This document shows, one piece after another, positions 25,655-37,684 of a stretch of DNA of 64,000 nucleotides (the first letter of the stretch is position 1; every line of letters begins with the position of its first letter). The notes under the pieces were generated by a model. It was not told the origin of the DNA. It did not search any database and saw only the letters and a list, made by a program, of their open reading frames with translations. The DNA is from an uncultured Planctomycetales bacterium (lineage in GTDB: Bacteria; Planctomycetota; UBA1135). A program made the translations under genes and the position numbers. The stretch spans positions 315,113 through 379,112 of the forward strand of contig CAYFGE010000001.1 in the NCBI GenBank assembly GCA_964342475.1. The letters run 5' to 3'.

Positions 25655-25660
25655 TAGACT
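25655..25660 (+). promoter_or_regulatory. -10-like box TAGACT, 11 nt from the GTG of the CCCE ORF
   Basis: gtcg-TAGACT-gtacccggatc-GTG (25672). Confidence 0.4.
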
Positions 25661-25671
25661 GTACCCGGATC

Positions 25672-26043
25672 GTGTCGCACCGCCTCCATGTCCTCGTGGC
25701 CGTCCTGCTGCTGCTCCTGCCGAGCGGCGCGCAGGCCTGGGCCGCGGCGTCGCCCTGCGATCCCAGCGCCTGCTGCTGCGAGGTGCCCGAGCCCAGCCCG
25801 GGCCCGGCGGTGACCCGCGGCTGCTGCTGCGAGGCCCGGCCCGCGCCGGCCCTGCCCTTCGAGGCGCCCGCCCCCGAGCGCGCGCCCTCCGCCGGCCCCG
25901 AGCTGCCCGAGCTCGAGGCCTGCCCTGCCGCGGCCCTCCCCCTCGCCGCTCCTGTCCGACCCGTGGCCCGCGTCCTGCGCTCCCCCGCGCCGCGACCGCC
26001 ACCCCGGCCGCTGTTCCTGCTGCACGCCGCCTTCCTCTGCTGA
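25672..26043 (+). CDS. Small secreted Cys/Pro-rich protein with two CCCE motifs (unknown family)
   Basis: 123-aa ORF with near-uniform G/C at codon position 3. Signal peptide MSHRLHVLVAVLLLLLPSGAQA, then SPCDPSACCCEVPEPSPGPAVTRGCCCEARP, ending ...LFLLHAAFLC. It lies 89 nt upstream of the efflux OMF gene on the same strand. Confidence 0.55.
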   Translation: MSHRLHVLVAVLLLLLPSGAQAWAAASPCDPSACCCEVPEPSPGPAVTRGCCCEARPAPALPFEAPAPERAPSAGPELPELEACPAAALPLAAPVRPVARVLRSPAPRPPPRPLFLLHAAFLC

Positions 26044-26055
26044 TCGTCCCCGACG

Positions 26056-26079
26056 CTCCGGTCCGCCCCCGGTCCGGAG
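26056..26079 (+). terminator. Hairpin between the CCCE ORF and the OMF gene (possible attenuator or partial terminator)
   Basis: ctccggtccg-cccc-cggtccggag has a 10-bp stem with one mismatch, 13 nt after the TGA of the small ORF. No U-tract. Confidence 0.3.
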
Positions 26080-26132
26080 AAGTGGCCCTTCCCGCCCGTC
26101 CGTCGTGAACCCGATCCCGCAGAGGAACATCC

Positions 26133-27473
26133 ATGGAACACCGATCCTGGCTCGCCGCCGCGCTGCTCGTCGCGTGCGGCTGCAGCGCCCCGCCCCCGCC
26201 GCTCTTCCAGCAGCGGCTGGACGAGGCCGACGCGCGCGCCGCCGCCTTCCTGCCGCCCGCGGAACCCGTCCCGCTCTCCGCCGCCCCCGACCTCGCCGAG
26301 CTGTGGGCCGCCGCCCAGCGCGGGAACCCCGGCCTGCGCGCCGCCTACCACCGCTGGCGCGCCGAGCTCGAGGCCGCCGGCGGCGCGGGCGAGCTGCCCC
26401 AGCCGCGCCTCGGCATCGGCGCCTTCCTGTCCGCCGTCGAGACCCGCAGCGGGCCGATGCGCGGCCGGATCGGGCTGAGCCAGGCCCTGCCCTGGTTCGG
26501 CACGACCGCCGCGGCGCAGGACCGCGCCCTGGCCGCCGCTGAAGCCGCGCGCGAGGACTTCGAGGCCGCGCGCACCGCGCTGCGCGCCGAGCTGGCCCAC
26601 GCCTGGCTGGAGCTGCACGACCTGCAGCGGACCCTGGAGACGACCCGCGCCCACCGCGAGCTGCTCGTCCACCTCGAGGCCGTCTCGCGCGTGCGTTACG
26701 AGAGCGGCAGCGGCGGCCACGGCGACCTGATCCGGGCCCAGGTCGAGCTGGCCCAGCTCGAGGACCGCCTGGCCGAGCTCGAGGACCTGCGCGCGCCCTC
26801 CGTGGCGCGCCTCGAGGCCCTCCTGGGGCGCCCGGCCGGCGAACCCCTGCCGTGGCCGGCGGACGAGCTCCCGGCCTCTCCTGGGCTCCCGGAGGGCCTG
26901 GAGAGCGGCCTCGCGCAGAGCCACCCCGGCCTGCGCGCCCTCGCCGCCCGCGCCGAGGCCGCCCGCCACGGCGTGGTCCTGGCCGAGAAGGCCTACCACC
27001 CCGCCTGGACGGTGGGCGCCGAATGGACCTGGATCGGCGAGGCCGACGACCCGGCCATGCCCGACTCCGGCAAGGACGCGGTGGCCCTGACCCTGGGGGT
27101 CGAGCTGCCGCTTCGCCGGGGACGCCTCGACGCCGGCCTCGCCGCGGCCCGCGCGCGCGAGGCCGAGACCGCCGACCGGGCGGCCGACCTCGAGCGCCGC
27201 CTCGGCGCCGAACTGGCGCTGGTCCGCCACCGCCACCGGGACGCCGCCCGCCGCGTCGCCCTCTACCGCGAGGGCCTGGTCGCCAAGAGCGAAGAGGCCT
27301 TCGAGACCACGCTCACCGGCTACCAAGCGGCCACCGCCCCCTTCGACTCGGTGATCGACGCCGCGCGCCACCTGCTCGAGTTCCAGCTCGCCCAGGCCCA
27401 CGCCGAGATCGACCTCGTGCAGGCCGCGGTCGACGCCGAACGCGCCACCGGCCTCGTCCTCCTGCCCTTCTGA
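26133..27473 (+). CDS. Outer-membrane efflux factor (TolC/CusC/CzcC family), lipoprotein
   Basis: 446 aa. Lipobox-like LLVACGCS, then ...LAELWAAAQRGNPGLRAAYHRWRAELEAAG... and two OEP repeats. An AGAGGAA SD lies upstream. Confidence 0.85.
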   Translation: MEHRSWLAAALLVACGCSAPPPPLFQQRLDEADARAAAFLPPAEPVPLSAAPDLAELWAAAQRGNPGLRAAYHRWRAELEAAGGAGELPQPRLGIGAFLSAVETRSGPMRGRIGLSQALPWFGTTAAAQDRALAAAEAAREDFEAARTALRAELAHAWLELHDLQRTLETTRAHRELLVHLEAVSRVRYESGSGGHGDLIRAQVELAQLEDRLAELEDLRAPSVARLEALLGRPAGEPLPWPADELPASPGLPEGLESGLAQSHPGLRALAARAEAARHGVVLAEKAYHPAWTVGAEWTWIGEADDPAMPDSGKDAVALTLGVELPLRRGRLDAGLAAARAREAETADRAADLERRLGAELALVRHRHRDAARRVALYREGLVAKSEEAFETTLTGYQAATAPFDSVIDAARHLLEFQLAQAHAEIDLVQAAVDAERATGLVLLPF

Positions 27474-27478
27474 CGACC

Positions 27479-29401
27479 ATGCGCCTCACGCCCACCCGCG
27501 CCGTCCTCCTCGCTCTGCTCCTCCTCGCCCTCGGCTGGGGCCTCGGCCACCGCGCCGCCGCGCCCGCGCCCGCGCCCGCGCCGGACGCCGCCTCGGAGCA
27601 GACGGCCAGCGCCGAGCCGACGATCTGGACCTGCTCCATGCACCCCTCGGTGAAGCTGCCCGCGCCGGGGCAGTGCCCGATCTGCTTCATGGACCTGATC
27701 CCGCTGGTCGAGGACCCCTCCGCCGGCGCGCATCCCACCCGCGTGCGCCTCTCGGCCGGCGCCGCCGCCCTGGCCGGCATCCGCACCGCCGAGGTCGCGC
27801 GGCTCGACGTCGCCCACGAGCGCACCCTCTCGGGCAAGGTGGCCCTCGACGAGACCCGCGTGGCGACGATCACCACCTGGGTGCCGGGCCGCCTCGAGCG
27901 CCTCTACGTCGACTTCACCGGCGTGCGCGTGCGCCCCGGCGACCACCTGGTCGAGCTCTACAGCCCGCAGCTCTACGCGGCGCAGCAGGAGCTCAAGCAG
28001 GCGCGCGCCGCCGCCGCCCGCCTGACCGGGGCGAGCGGCAGCCTGGGGAGGGTGAGCGACGCGACGGTCGCCGCGGCGCGCAGCAAGCTGCGCCTGCTCG
28101 GGCTCGACGAGGCCCAGGTCGCCGAGATCGAGGCCAGCGGAGAGCTGCTCGAACGGCTCACCCTGCACGCCCCCATCGGCGGCGTGGTGATCGAGAAGCA
28201 GGCCGTCGAGGGGCGCTACGTCGACACCGGCACGCCGATCTACACGATCGCCGACCTGAGCCGCGTGTGGGTCGAGCTGGAGGCCTACGAGACCGACCTG
28301 GCCTGGCTGCGCTACGGCCAGGAAGTCACCTTCCAGGTCGAGGCCTACCCCGGCGAGGTCTTCCACGGCCGCATCGCCTTCGTCGACCCGCTGCTCGACG
28401 ACGCCACGCGCACGGTGCGCGTGCGCCTCAACGTGGCGAACCCGGAGCAGAAGCTGAAGCCCGAGATGTTCGTGCGCGCCACCGTCCGCGCCGAGCTGGG
28501 CGCGGACGGCCGCGTGGTCGACGCCGAGCTGGCCGGGCAGTGGATGTGCCCGATGCACCCCGAGGAGGTCTCCGACGCGCCGGGCGCCTGCGGCTCCTGC
28601 GGCATGGACCTCGTGCCCGCCGCCGAGCTCGGCTTCCGCCCGCGGGCCTCGGCGGAGTTGCCGCTCGTGGTGCCCGCCACCGCGCCGCTGCTGACCGGGC
28701 GCCGCGCGGTGGTCTACGTCGCCGCCGGGACGCCCGAGGAACCGGCCTTCGACGGCCGCGTGGTCAGCCTCGGCCCGCGGGCCGGCGACTGGTACGTGGT
28801 GCTCGACGGCCTCGCGGAGGGCGAGCGCGTGGTGGTGAACGGCGCCTTCAAGCTCGACAGCGAGCTGCAGCTGCAGGGCCGGACCAGCATGATGCACCCG
28901 GGCGAGGAGGAGACCGCGCCGGCACCGGCCGACGCGGTCCCGGCTGCCTTCCAGGAGCAGCTCGGCGCCTTGCTGCCGCACGCCCTGGCCGTCCAGGTGG
29001 CGCTGGCGGCGGACGATCTCGAGGCGGCCCGCGGCCCCGCCAGCGCCCTGGGCGCGGCCCTCGACGCGGTGGCCGACGCGGCCCTGCTCGGGGAGGCCCG
29101 CTCGGCCTGGAACGGCGCCCGCGCCGGCATCGCGCGCGGCGCGGAGGGCTTGGCCGCGGCCGAGGACATCGAGGCGGCGCGCGCCGCCTTCCAGCCGCTG
29201 AGCGACGGCCTGATCGTCGCCCTCGCGCGCTTCGGCTACCGCGGCGGGCCGACCGAGGTCCAGCGCAGCCACTGCCCGATGGCCTTCGACGACCTGGGCG
29301 CGGAGTGGCTGCAGCTGCCCGGCACCCTGGCCAACCCCTACTTCGGCTCCGCCATGCTGCGCTGCGGCACGGACGAGGGCCGCTTCACCGCGGAGCGCTG
29401 A
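27479..29401 (+). CDS. Efflux RND periplasmic adaptor (CusB/CzcB family) with two heavy-metal-binding domains and a DUF3347-like C-terminal domain
   Basis: An internal ATG of track ORF 26852..29401 gives a 640-aa protein. WTCSMHPSVKLPAPGQCPICFMDL is at 27625-27697 and WMCPMHPEEVSDAPGACGSCGMDL at 28541-28612. The C-terminus ends HCPMAFDDLGAEWLQLPGTLANPYFGSAMLRCG. Confidence 0.85.
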   Translation: MRLTPTRAVLLALLLLALGWGLGHRAAAPAPAPAPDAASEQTASAEPTIWTCSMHPSVKLPAPGQCPICFMDLIPLVEDPSAGAHPTRVRLSAGAAALAGIRTAEVARLDVAHERTLSGKVALDETRVATITTWVPGRLERLYVDFTGVRVRPGDHLVELYSPQLYAAQQELKQARAAAARLTGASGSLGRVSDATVAAARSKLRLLGLDEAQVAEIEASGELLERLTLHAPIGGVVIEKQAVEGRYVDTGTPIYTIADLSRVWVELEAYETDLAWLRYGQEVTFQVEAYPGEVFHGRIAFVDPLLDDATRTVRVRLNVANPEQKLKPEMFVRATVRAELGADGRVVDAELAGQWMCPMHPEEVSDAPGACGSCGMDLVPAAELGFRPRASAELPLVVPATAPLLTGRRAVVYVAAGTPEEPAFDGRVVSLGPRAGDWYVVLDGLAEGERVVVNGAFKLDSELQLQGRTSMMHPGEEETAPAPADAVPAAFQEQLGALLPHALAVQVALAADDLEAARGPASALGAALDAVADAALLGEARSAWNGARAGIARGAEGLAAAEDIEAARAAFQPLSDGLIVALARFGYRGGPTEVQRSHCPMAFDDLGAEWLQLPGTLANPYFGSAMLRCGTDEGRFTAER

Positions 29402-29404
29402 GCC

Positions 29405-33061
<3,657 letters not shown>

Positions 33062-33135
33062 CTTGAGGGGCCCGGCGCGCGGATCGCGCTCGGACTCCTG
33101 ACCCCATCCAACCACCCACCCCGACCCACCACCCC

Positions 33136-33885
33136 ATGAACCCGATCCGCCTCCTCGTCGCGGCCCTCGCCCTGGCCGCCCCCCTCGCCGCCCAGGCCGG
33201 CCCGCCCAAGGGCCCGCCGCAGCCGGCCGACCTCGTCGCCCAGACCACCTGCCCCATCTCCGGTGAGGAGCTCACCGGCGGCGAGGGCGAGAAGGAGGTC
33301 GTCTACGAGGGCCAGAAGATCCGCCTGTGCTGCGCCAAGTGCGTCAAGAAGTTCGACGAGTTCCCGGACGCCGTCGTCTACGGCATGTACCGCCAGGGCG
33401 TGAAGCCCGAGAACACGCAGACCACCTGCGTGGTCAGCGGCGAGGAGCTCGGCGACGACTACGAGAGCTTCTGGGTGATGAACAAGGAGCTGCGCGTCTG
33501 CTGCAAGAAGTGCCTGGCCAAGGTCGCCAAGGACCCGGCCGTCTACTTCGACCAGCTGCAGGGCCGCAAGAAGCAGACCCACTGCCCGGTGATGGGCGGC
33601 GAGATCGACCCCGAGGTCTACTCGGTGGTCCAGGGCCAGAAGGTCTACCACTGCTGCCCCGGCTGCGAGGGCAAGATGAAGGCCGACCCGGCCAAGTTCT
33701 TCGCCGCCGAAGCCGCCAAGGGCGTGGTCTTCGAGCCGGCCACGAACATGTGCGTGGTCATGGAGGAGCCCAACGAGGACAAGCTGTGGTGGGTCACCTA
33801 TGAGGGCCGCCGCATCCACTTCTGCTGCCGCAAGTGCGTCGGCCGCTTCGTGAAGGACCCGGCCAAGTACCTGGCGATGATGTGA
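33136..33885 (+). CDS. Secreted protein made of four tandem YHS/TRASH-like Cys-motif repeats
   Basis: 249 aa with signal peptide MNPIRLLVAALALAAPLAAQA. Four units follow the pattern C-x(22-25)-CC-x2-C-x3-[FVM]-x2-[DF]P: QTTCPISGEEL..LCCAKCVKKFDEFP, QTTCVVSGEEL..VCCKKCLAKVAKDP, QTHCPVMGGEI..HCCPGCEGKMKADP and NMCVVMEEP..FCCRKCVGRFVKDP. Confidence 0.75.
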   Translation: MNPIRLLVAALALAAPLAAQAGPPKGPPQPADLVAQTTCPISGEELTGGEGEKEVVYEGQKIRLCCAKCVKKFDEFPDAVVYGMYRQGVKPENTQTTCVVSGEELGDDYESFWVMNKELRVCCKKCLAKVAKDPAVYFDQLQGRKKQTHCPVMGGEIDPEVYSVVQGQKVYHCCPGCEGKMKADPAKFFAAEAAKGVVFEPATNMCVVMEEPNEDKLWWVTYEGRRIHFCCRKCVGRFVKDPAKYLAMM

Positions 33886-33909
33886 TCGCGCCGCACGGCG
33901 CGAACGCCC

Positions 33910-33936
33910 GAGGGGGAGGCCGCCGGCCTCCCCCTC
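33910..33936. terminator. Bidirectional intrinsic-terminator-like hairpin between convergent genes
   Basis: gagggggaggc-cgccg-gcctccccctc has a perfect 11-bp stem and is followed by tcttcgtt on the plus strand. It lies in the 73-nt gap between the 33885 (+) and 33959 (-) gene ends. Confidence 0.6.
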
Positions 33937-33958
33937 TCTTCGTTCCGGGCCGCCGCGA

Positions 33959-34942
33959 TCAGCCCCAGTTGGTCATCGCCGCGCGGATGCGGTGGGCCAG
34001 CGCCACCGCGCGGGCGCCGTCCTCGCCGGTGACCGGGGCCGGGCCGCCGTCCCGCACCGCGGCGGCGAAGGCGGCCAGCTCGGCGCGCAGCGGCTCGTCC
34101 TCGCGCAGCTCGAGCTCCTCGGTGTGCAGCAGGCTCTTGAAGCCCTCCACCGGCTGCGGCGAGGCCGCCGCGGCGCGCACCGCCTCCGGGCTGAAGCCGG
34201 GCGCCTTCTGCACCAGGAGCGCGTAGCGGTCCTGGCTGTCGGCGCTGACGTAGCAGTCGGGGCCGAAGACGCGGAAGCGGCGCATGGGCTTCAGGCTGAG
34301 CCGGCTGGCGGTCAGGTTGGCCACCGTGCCGCCGGGGAAGCGCAGCCGCGCCGAGCAGATGTCCTCGGCGGTCGACAGCACCGTGCCGCCGGTGGCGTCC
34401 ACGCTCTCGACCTCCTCGCCCACCCAGGCCAGCACCAGGTCGAGGTCGTGGATCATCAGGTCGAGGACCACGCCGACGTCGGTGGAGCGGAAGGTGTAGG
34501 GCGCCAGCCGGTGGGCCTCGATGAAGCGCGGGCGGATGCCGAGCTCCATGGCGCGCCGCAGGGCCGGGTTGAAGCGCTCGACGTGGCCGGTGCCGAGGAT
34601 CGCGCCGCCGGCGCGGGCGTCCTCGAGGATGGCGGCGCAGGTCTCCGGGTCGGGCGCGAGGGGCTTCTCGACCAGGCAGGCCACCCCTGCGCGCAGGAAG
34701 TCGCGCGCGCACTCGAGGTGCTTGACCGTCGGAGTGGCGACGACGGCGAAGTCCACCTCGCCGGGCAGCCCGCTGCGGTCGGCCTGCCAGCGGCAGCCGT
34801 ACTTGGCAGCCAGCTCGCGGCCGCGGGCCTCGTCCGGCTCGGCGATGGCGACCAGCTCGACGCCGTCGAGCTCGGCCAGGATGCGGGCGTGGTGCCGGCC
34901 GAGGTGGCCGACGCCGACCACGGCGGCGCGGAGCGGCCGCAC
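33959..34942 (-). CDS. Gfo/Idh/MocA-family NAD-dependent oxidoreductase (GnnA-like candidate)
   Basis: I chose GTG 34942, 2 nt after the lpxA stop, giving VRPLRAAVVGVGHLGRHHARIL... (Rossmann fold). The track ATG at 35053 would overlap lpxA by 109 nt. ...CLVEKPLAP...GHVERFNPA... is typical of the family. Confidence 0.8.
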   Translation of the reverse strand: MRPLRAAVVGVGHLGRHHARILAELDGVELVAIAEPDEARGRELAAKYGCRWQADRSGLPGEVDFAVVATPTVKHLECARDFLRAGVACLVEKPLAPDPETCAAILEDARAGGAILGTGHVERFNPALRRAMELGIRPRFIEAHRLAPYTFRSTDVGVVLDLMIHDLDLVLAWVGEEVESVDATGGTVLSTAEDICSARLRFPGGTVANLTASRLSLKPMRRFRVFGPDCYVSADSQDRYALLVQKAPGFSPEAVRAAAASPQPVEGFKSLLHTEELELREDEPLRAELAAFAAAVRDGGPAPVTGEDGARAVALAHRIRAAMTNWG

Positions 34943-34944
34943 GC

Positions 34945-35766
34945 TCAGGCCTCCGCCTCGGCGGGCGGCCGGCGCAGGGACTCGCGGTAGCGCCCCTGGT
35001 AGCCGCGCTCCATGTCGCGCAGGAAGGAGAGCAGGCGGCTGACCTCCGGGCACCAGTCGCCCTCGGCCTCCATCGCCTGCACCTCGAGCGAGATCGGCTT
35101 CTCCTCGGCGAACAGGCGGCGGAAGGCCTCGCGCAGTTGGTTGACGGCCTCCTCGGTGAAGCCGCGCCGGCGCAGGCCGACCATGTTCACGCCGCGCACG
35201 CGCGCCGGGCTGCCCTCGATGACCATGTAGGGCGGCACGTCCTTCACCACGCGCGCCATGCCCCCCACCATGGCGTTGCAGCCGATGGTGACGAAGTGGT
35301 TGACGGCGGTGCCGCCGCTGACGATGACCTGGCTCTCGATGCGCACGTGGCCCGCGAGCAGGGCGTTGTTGCCGACGATCACGTCGTCCTCGATCACGCA
35401 GTCGTGGGCGACGTGCGAGCAGGCCATGAGCAGGTTGCGGTCGCCGATCGAGGTGATCCAGGAGCCGGCCGCGGTGCCGATGTTGATCGTGACGAACTCG
35501 CGGATCACGTTGCCGTCGCCGATCGACAGGCCGGACTCCTCGCCGGCGTACTTCAGGTCCTGCGGCAGGCCGCCAATCGCGGCCGAGCCCATGAAGCGGT
35601 TGTCCTGGCCGATGTGCGTCTTGCCCTGCACGGTGACGTGCGGGCCCAGCTTGGTGCCGGCGGCGATGCGCACCTTCGGCCCGATGTAGCAGAAGGGCCC
35701 GACGACCACGCTGGAGTCGAGCTCGGCGCCGGGGGCGACGAAGGAGCTGGGGTGGATCTGGGTCAT
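34945..35766 (-). CDS. lpxA: Acyl-ACP--UDP-N-acetylglucosamine O-acyltransferase
   Basis: 273 aa with hexapeptide repeats: MTQIHPSSFVAPGAELDSSVVVGPFCYIGPKVRI...IGDRNLLMACSHVAHDCVIEDDVIVGNN.... Confidence 0.95.
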   Translation of the reverse strand: MTQIHPSSFVAPGAELDSSVVVGPFCYIGPKVRIAAGTKLGPHVTVQGKTHIGQDNRFMGSAAIGGLPQDLKYAGEESGLSIGDGNVIREFVTINIGTAAGSWITSIGDRNLLMACSHVAHDCVIEDDVIVGNNALLAGHVRIESQVIVSGGTAVNHFVTIGCNAMVGGMARVVKDVPPYMVIEGSPARVRGVNMVGLRRRGFTEEAVNQLREAFRRLFAEEKPISLEVQAMEAEGDWCPEVSRLLSFLRDMERGYQGRYRESLRRPPAEAEA

Positions 35767-35767
35767 C

Positions 35768-37057
35768 TCAGACGTCGACCAGGGCGAAGGCCAGCACCGC
35801 CTCGGCGACGGTGCGCAGGCCGACCTTGACCAGGCCGCGCACCTGGCCGCGGTTGCGGTTCAGGCGCAGGGTCTCGACCTCGATGCGCAGCTGGTCGCCG
35901 GGGACGACGGCGCCGCGGAAGCGGACCTTGTCGATCGAGGCCAGGACGGCGACCTTGCCGGTGTGCTCGAGCCGGCGCAGCAGCAGCAGGCCGGCCACCT
36001 GGGCCATCGCCTCGAGCTGCAGCACCCCGGGCATCACCGGGTGGTCGGGCCAGTGGCCCTGGAAGAAGGGCTCGTTGATCGTGACGTTCTTGATCCCGAC
36101 GGCGAAGCGCGTGCCCTCGATCTCGATGACGCGGTCCACCAGCAGGAAGGGATAACGGTGCGGCAGGACGCGGAAGATGTCGCGGATCTCGTAGCCGGTC
36201 TCGCGCGGCTCCTCGATCATCTCCTCGGCCTCCAGCTGGGCGCGCAGCAGGCGCGCCATCTCCTGGTTCAGGGCGTGGCCGCTGCGCGTGGCGATGAAGT
36301 CCGCGTGCAGGTCCGCCCCGACCAGGGCGAGGTCGCCGATCAGGTCGGCGATCTTGTGCCGCGTGGGTTCGCGGTCGATGCGCAGCTCCGGGGCCTCCTC
36401 GCCGCCGAGGACCAGGGTGTTCTCGGCCGTCGCGCCCTTGCCGAAGCCGGCCTCGAGCAGCTTCTCGACCTCCTCGGCGCGGACGAAGGTGCGCGCCGGA
36501 CCGATCTCGGCGGCGAAGTCGCCGCTGGCGCTGTCCCAGGCGACCGGCCGCGAGTCGAGCCCCTCGGGCAGCTCGGGCAGGTAGCGCACGCGCATGCCCT
36601 CCCCGCTCGGGGGCAGCGCGACCAGCTCGCAGTCGCCGTCGCGCACGACCACCGGCTCGCTGAGGTGCAGCACCTTGCGCGGCGCCTTCTGCTCGACGAT
36701 GCCGCCCTTGCGCAGGGCCTCGACGTAGGGGCGCACCGAGCCGTCGAAGCCGGGCAGCTCGTCGCCGTCCACCTGGACGACCAGGTTGTCCACCCGCATG
36801 CCGGCGCAGGCCGCCAGCAGGTGCTCGATCATGCCGATGTCCTGGCCGTCGGTGCGCAGCACGGTGCGGCGCGCCGAGTTGATCAGGTTGCCCGGGGCGG
36901 CGCTGATGTCGGCCGGGTCCTCGAGGTCGGCGCGGCGGAAGACGATCCCGGTGCCGACCGCGGCCGGCTCCAGGCGCAGCACGACCGGCCGCCCCGAGTG
37001 GAGGGCGACACCCTCCAGCTCGACCGCGCTCTTCAGGCTGCGCTGGTTGCGGGCCAT
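35768..37057 (-). CDS. lpxC/fabZ: Bifunctional UDP-3-O-acyl-GlcNAc deacetylase / 3-hydroxyacyl-ACP dehydratase (LpxC-FabZ fusion)
   Basis: 429 aa. The N-terminal half is LpxC (...[17 protein letters not shown]...[12 protein letters not shown]...[12 protein letters not shown]...). The C-terminal half is FabZ ([13 protein letters not shown]...[27 protein letters not shown]). Confidence 0.9.
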   Translation of the reverse strand: MARNQRSLKSAVELEGVALHSGRPVVLRLEPAAVGTGIVFRRADLEDPADISAAPGNLINSARRTVLRTDGQDIGMIEHLLAACAGMRVDNLVVQVDGDELPGFDGSVRPYVEALRKGGIVEQKAPRKVLHLSEPVVVRDGDCELVALPPSGEGMRVRYLPELPEGLDSRPVAWDSASGDFAAEIGPARTFVRAEEVEKLLEAGFGKGATAENTLVLGGEEAPELRIDREPTRHKIADLIGDLALVGADLHADFIATRSGHALNQEMARLLRAQLEAEEMIEEPRETGYEIRDIFRVLPHRYPFLLVDRVIEIEGTRFAVGIKNVTINEPFFQGHWPDHPVMPGVLQLEAMAQVAGLLLLRRLEHTGKVAVLASIDKVRFRGAVVPGDQLRIEVETLRLNRNRGQVRGLVKVGLRTVAEAVLAFALVDV

Positions 37058-37099
37058 TCCCCTATTCCACCGCTTTCCGGACGGTCCGGCAACCGGGGC

Positions 37100-37684
37100 T
37101 CAGCCCTGGTTGAGGACCTCCACCACCAGCTCGGTGACGTCGTAGCTCGGGTTGGACCACAACAGGTTGCGGTACTGCAGGGCCTCGAGGGCGGCGGCGG
37201 GCTGCTGGAGGAGCTCCGGGTCGAGGTCCTTGGGGATGACCATCACCGCGCCGAAGCCCTCGCGGGCGCCGACCCGGGAGGCCGCCTTCTGCACCATGGT
37301 CCAGGTGCGGACCAGGAGCTGGCTCTCGGCGTTCTGCAGCTGCTGCCGCGCGAAGTCCATGTCCGAGCGCAGGCGCTGCAGGTCGGCCTCGATGGCGTGC
37401 GCCTCGGCGGCGTAGGCCTCGGAGGCCGGGTCCATCACGCGCATCTCGTCGCGGCGGCCCTGCAGGGCGGTCTCGCGGGCGCTGAAGGCCTTCTGGAAGT
37501 CGGTGGCGCGCTGGTTGATCGCGCCCAGCTCCTTCTGGGCGGCCTGGTAGGTGTCGAGGCAGCGCTGCAGGTCGACGTAGCGCACGCCCGGATCCGGGTC
37601 CTGGGCGCTGCGGTCGGCGAGGAGGGCGCCGGCGCCGAGCAGGGCGGCGGCCAGGGCCAGGGTCGGGAGTGCGGGGAGTCTCAT
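37100..37684 (-). CDS. skp: OmpH/Skp-family periplasmic chaperone
   Basis: An internal ATG of track ORF 37100..39940 gives 194 aa: a signal peptide MRLPALPTLALAAALLGAGA followed by a long coiled-coil. It sits between bamA and the lpx genes, and its start shares 1 nt with the bamA stop. Confidence 0.7.
   Translation of the reverse strand: MRLPALPTLALAAALLGAGALLADRSAQDPDPGVRYVDLQRCLDTYQAAQKELGAINQRATDFQKAFSARETALQGRRDEMRVMDPASEAYAAEAHAIEADLQRLRSDMDFARQQLQNAESQLLVRTWTMVQKAASRVGAREGFGAVMVIPKDLDPELLQQPAAALEALQYRNLLWSNPSYDVTELVVEVLNQG

Noticed and set aside
23148-27401. 1417-aa minus-strand ORF
   Set aside because: It spans four genes on both strands (paralog B, trmB, CCCE ORF, OMF). It has shadow composition, and only its trmB-overlapping neighbour frame is real.
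34943-35053. Upstream ATG (35053) for the Gfo/Idh/MocA gene
   Set aside because: It would overlap lpxA by 109 nt and add a Pro/Arg-rich leader. GTG 34942 gives the canonical N-terminal Rossmann strand and sits 2 nt after the lpxA stop.
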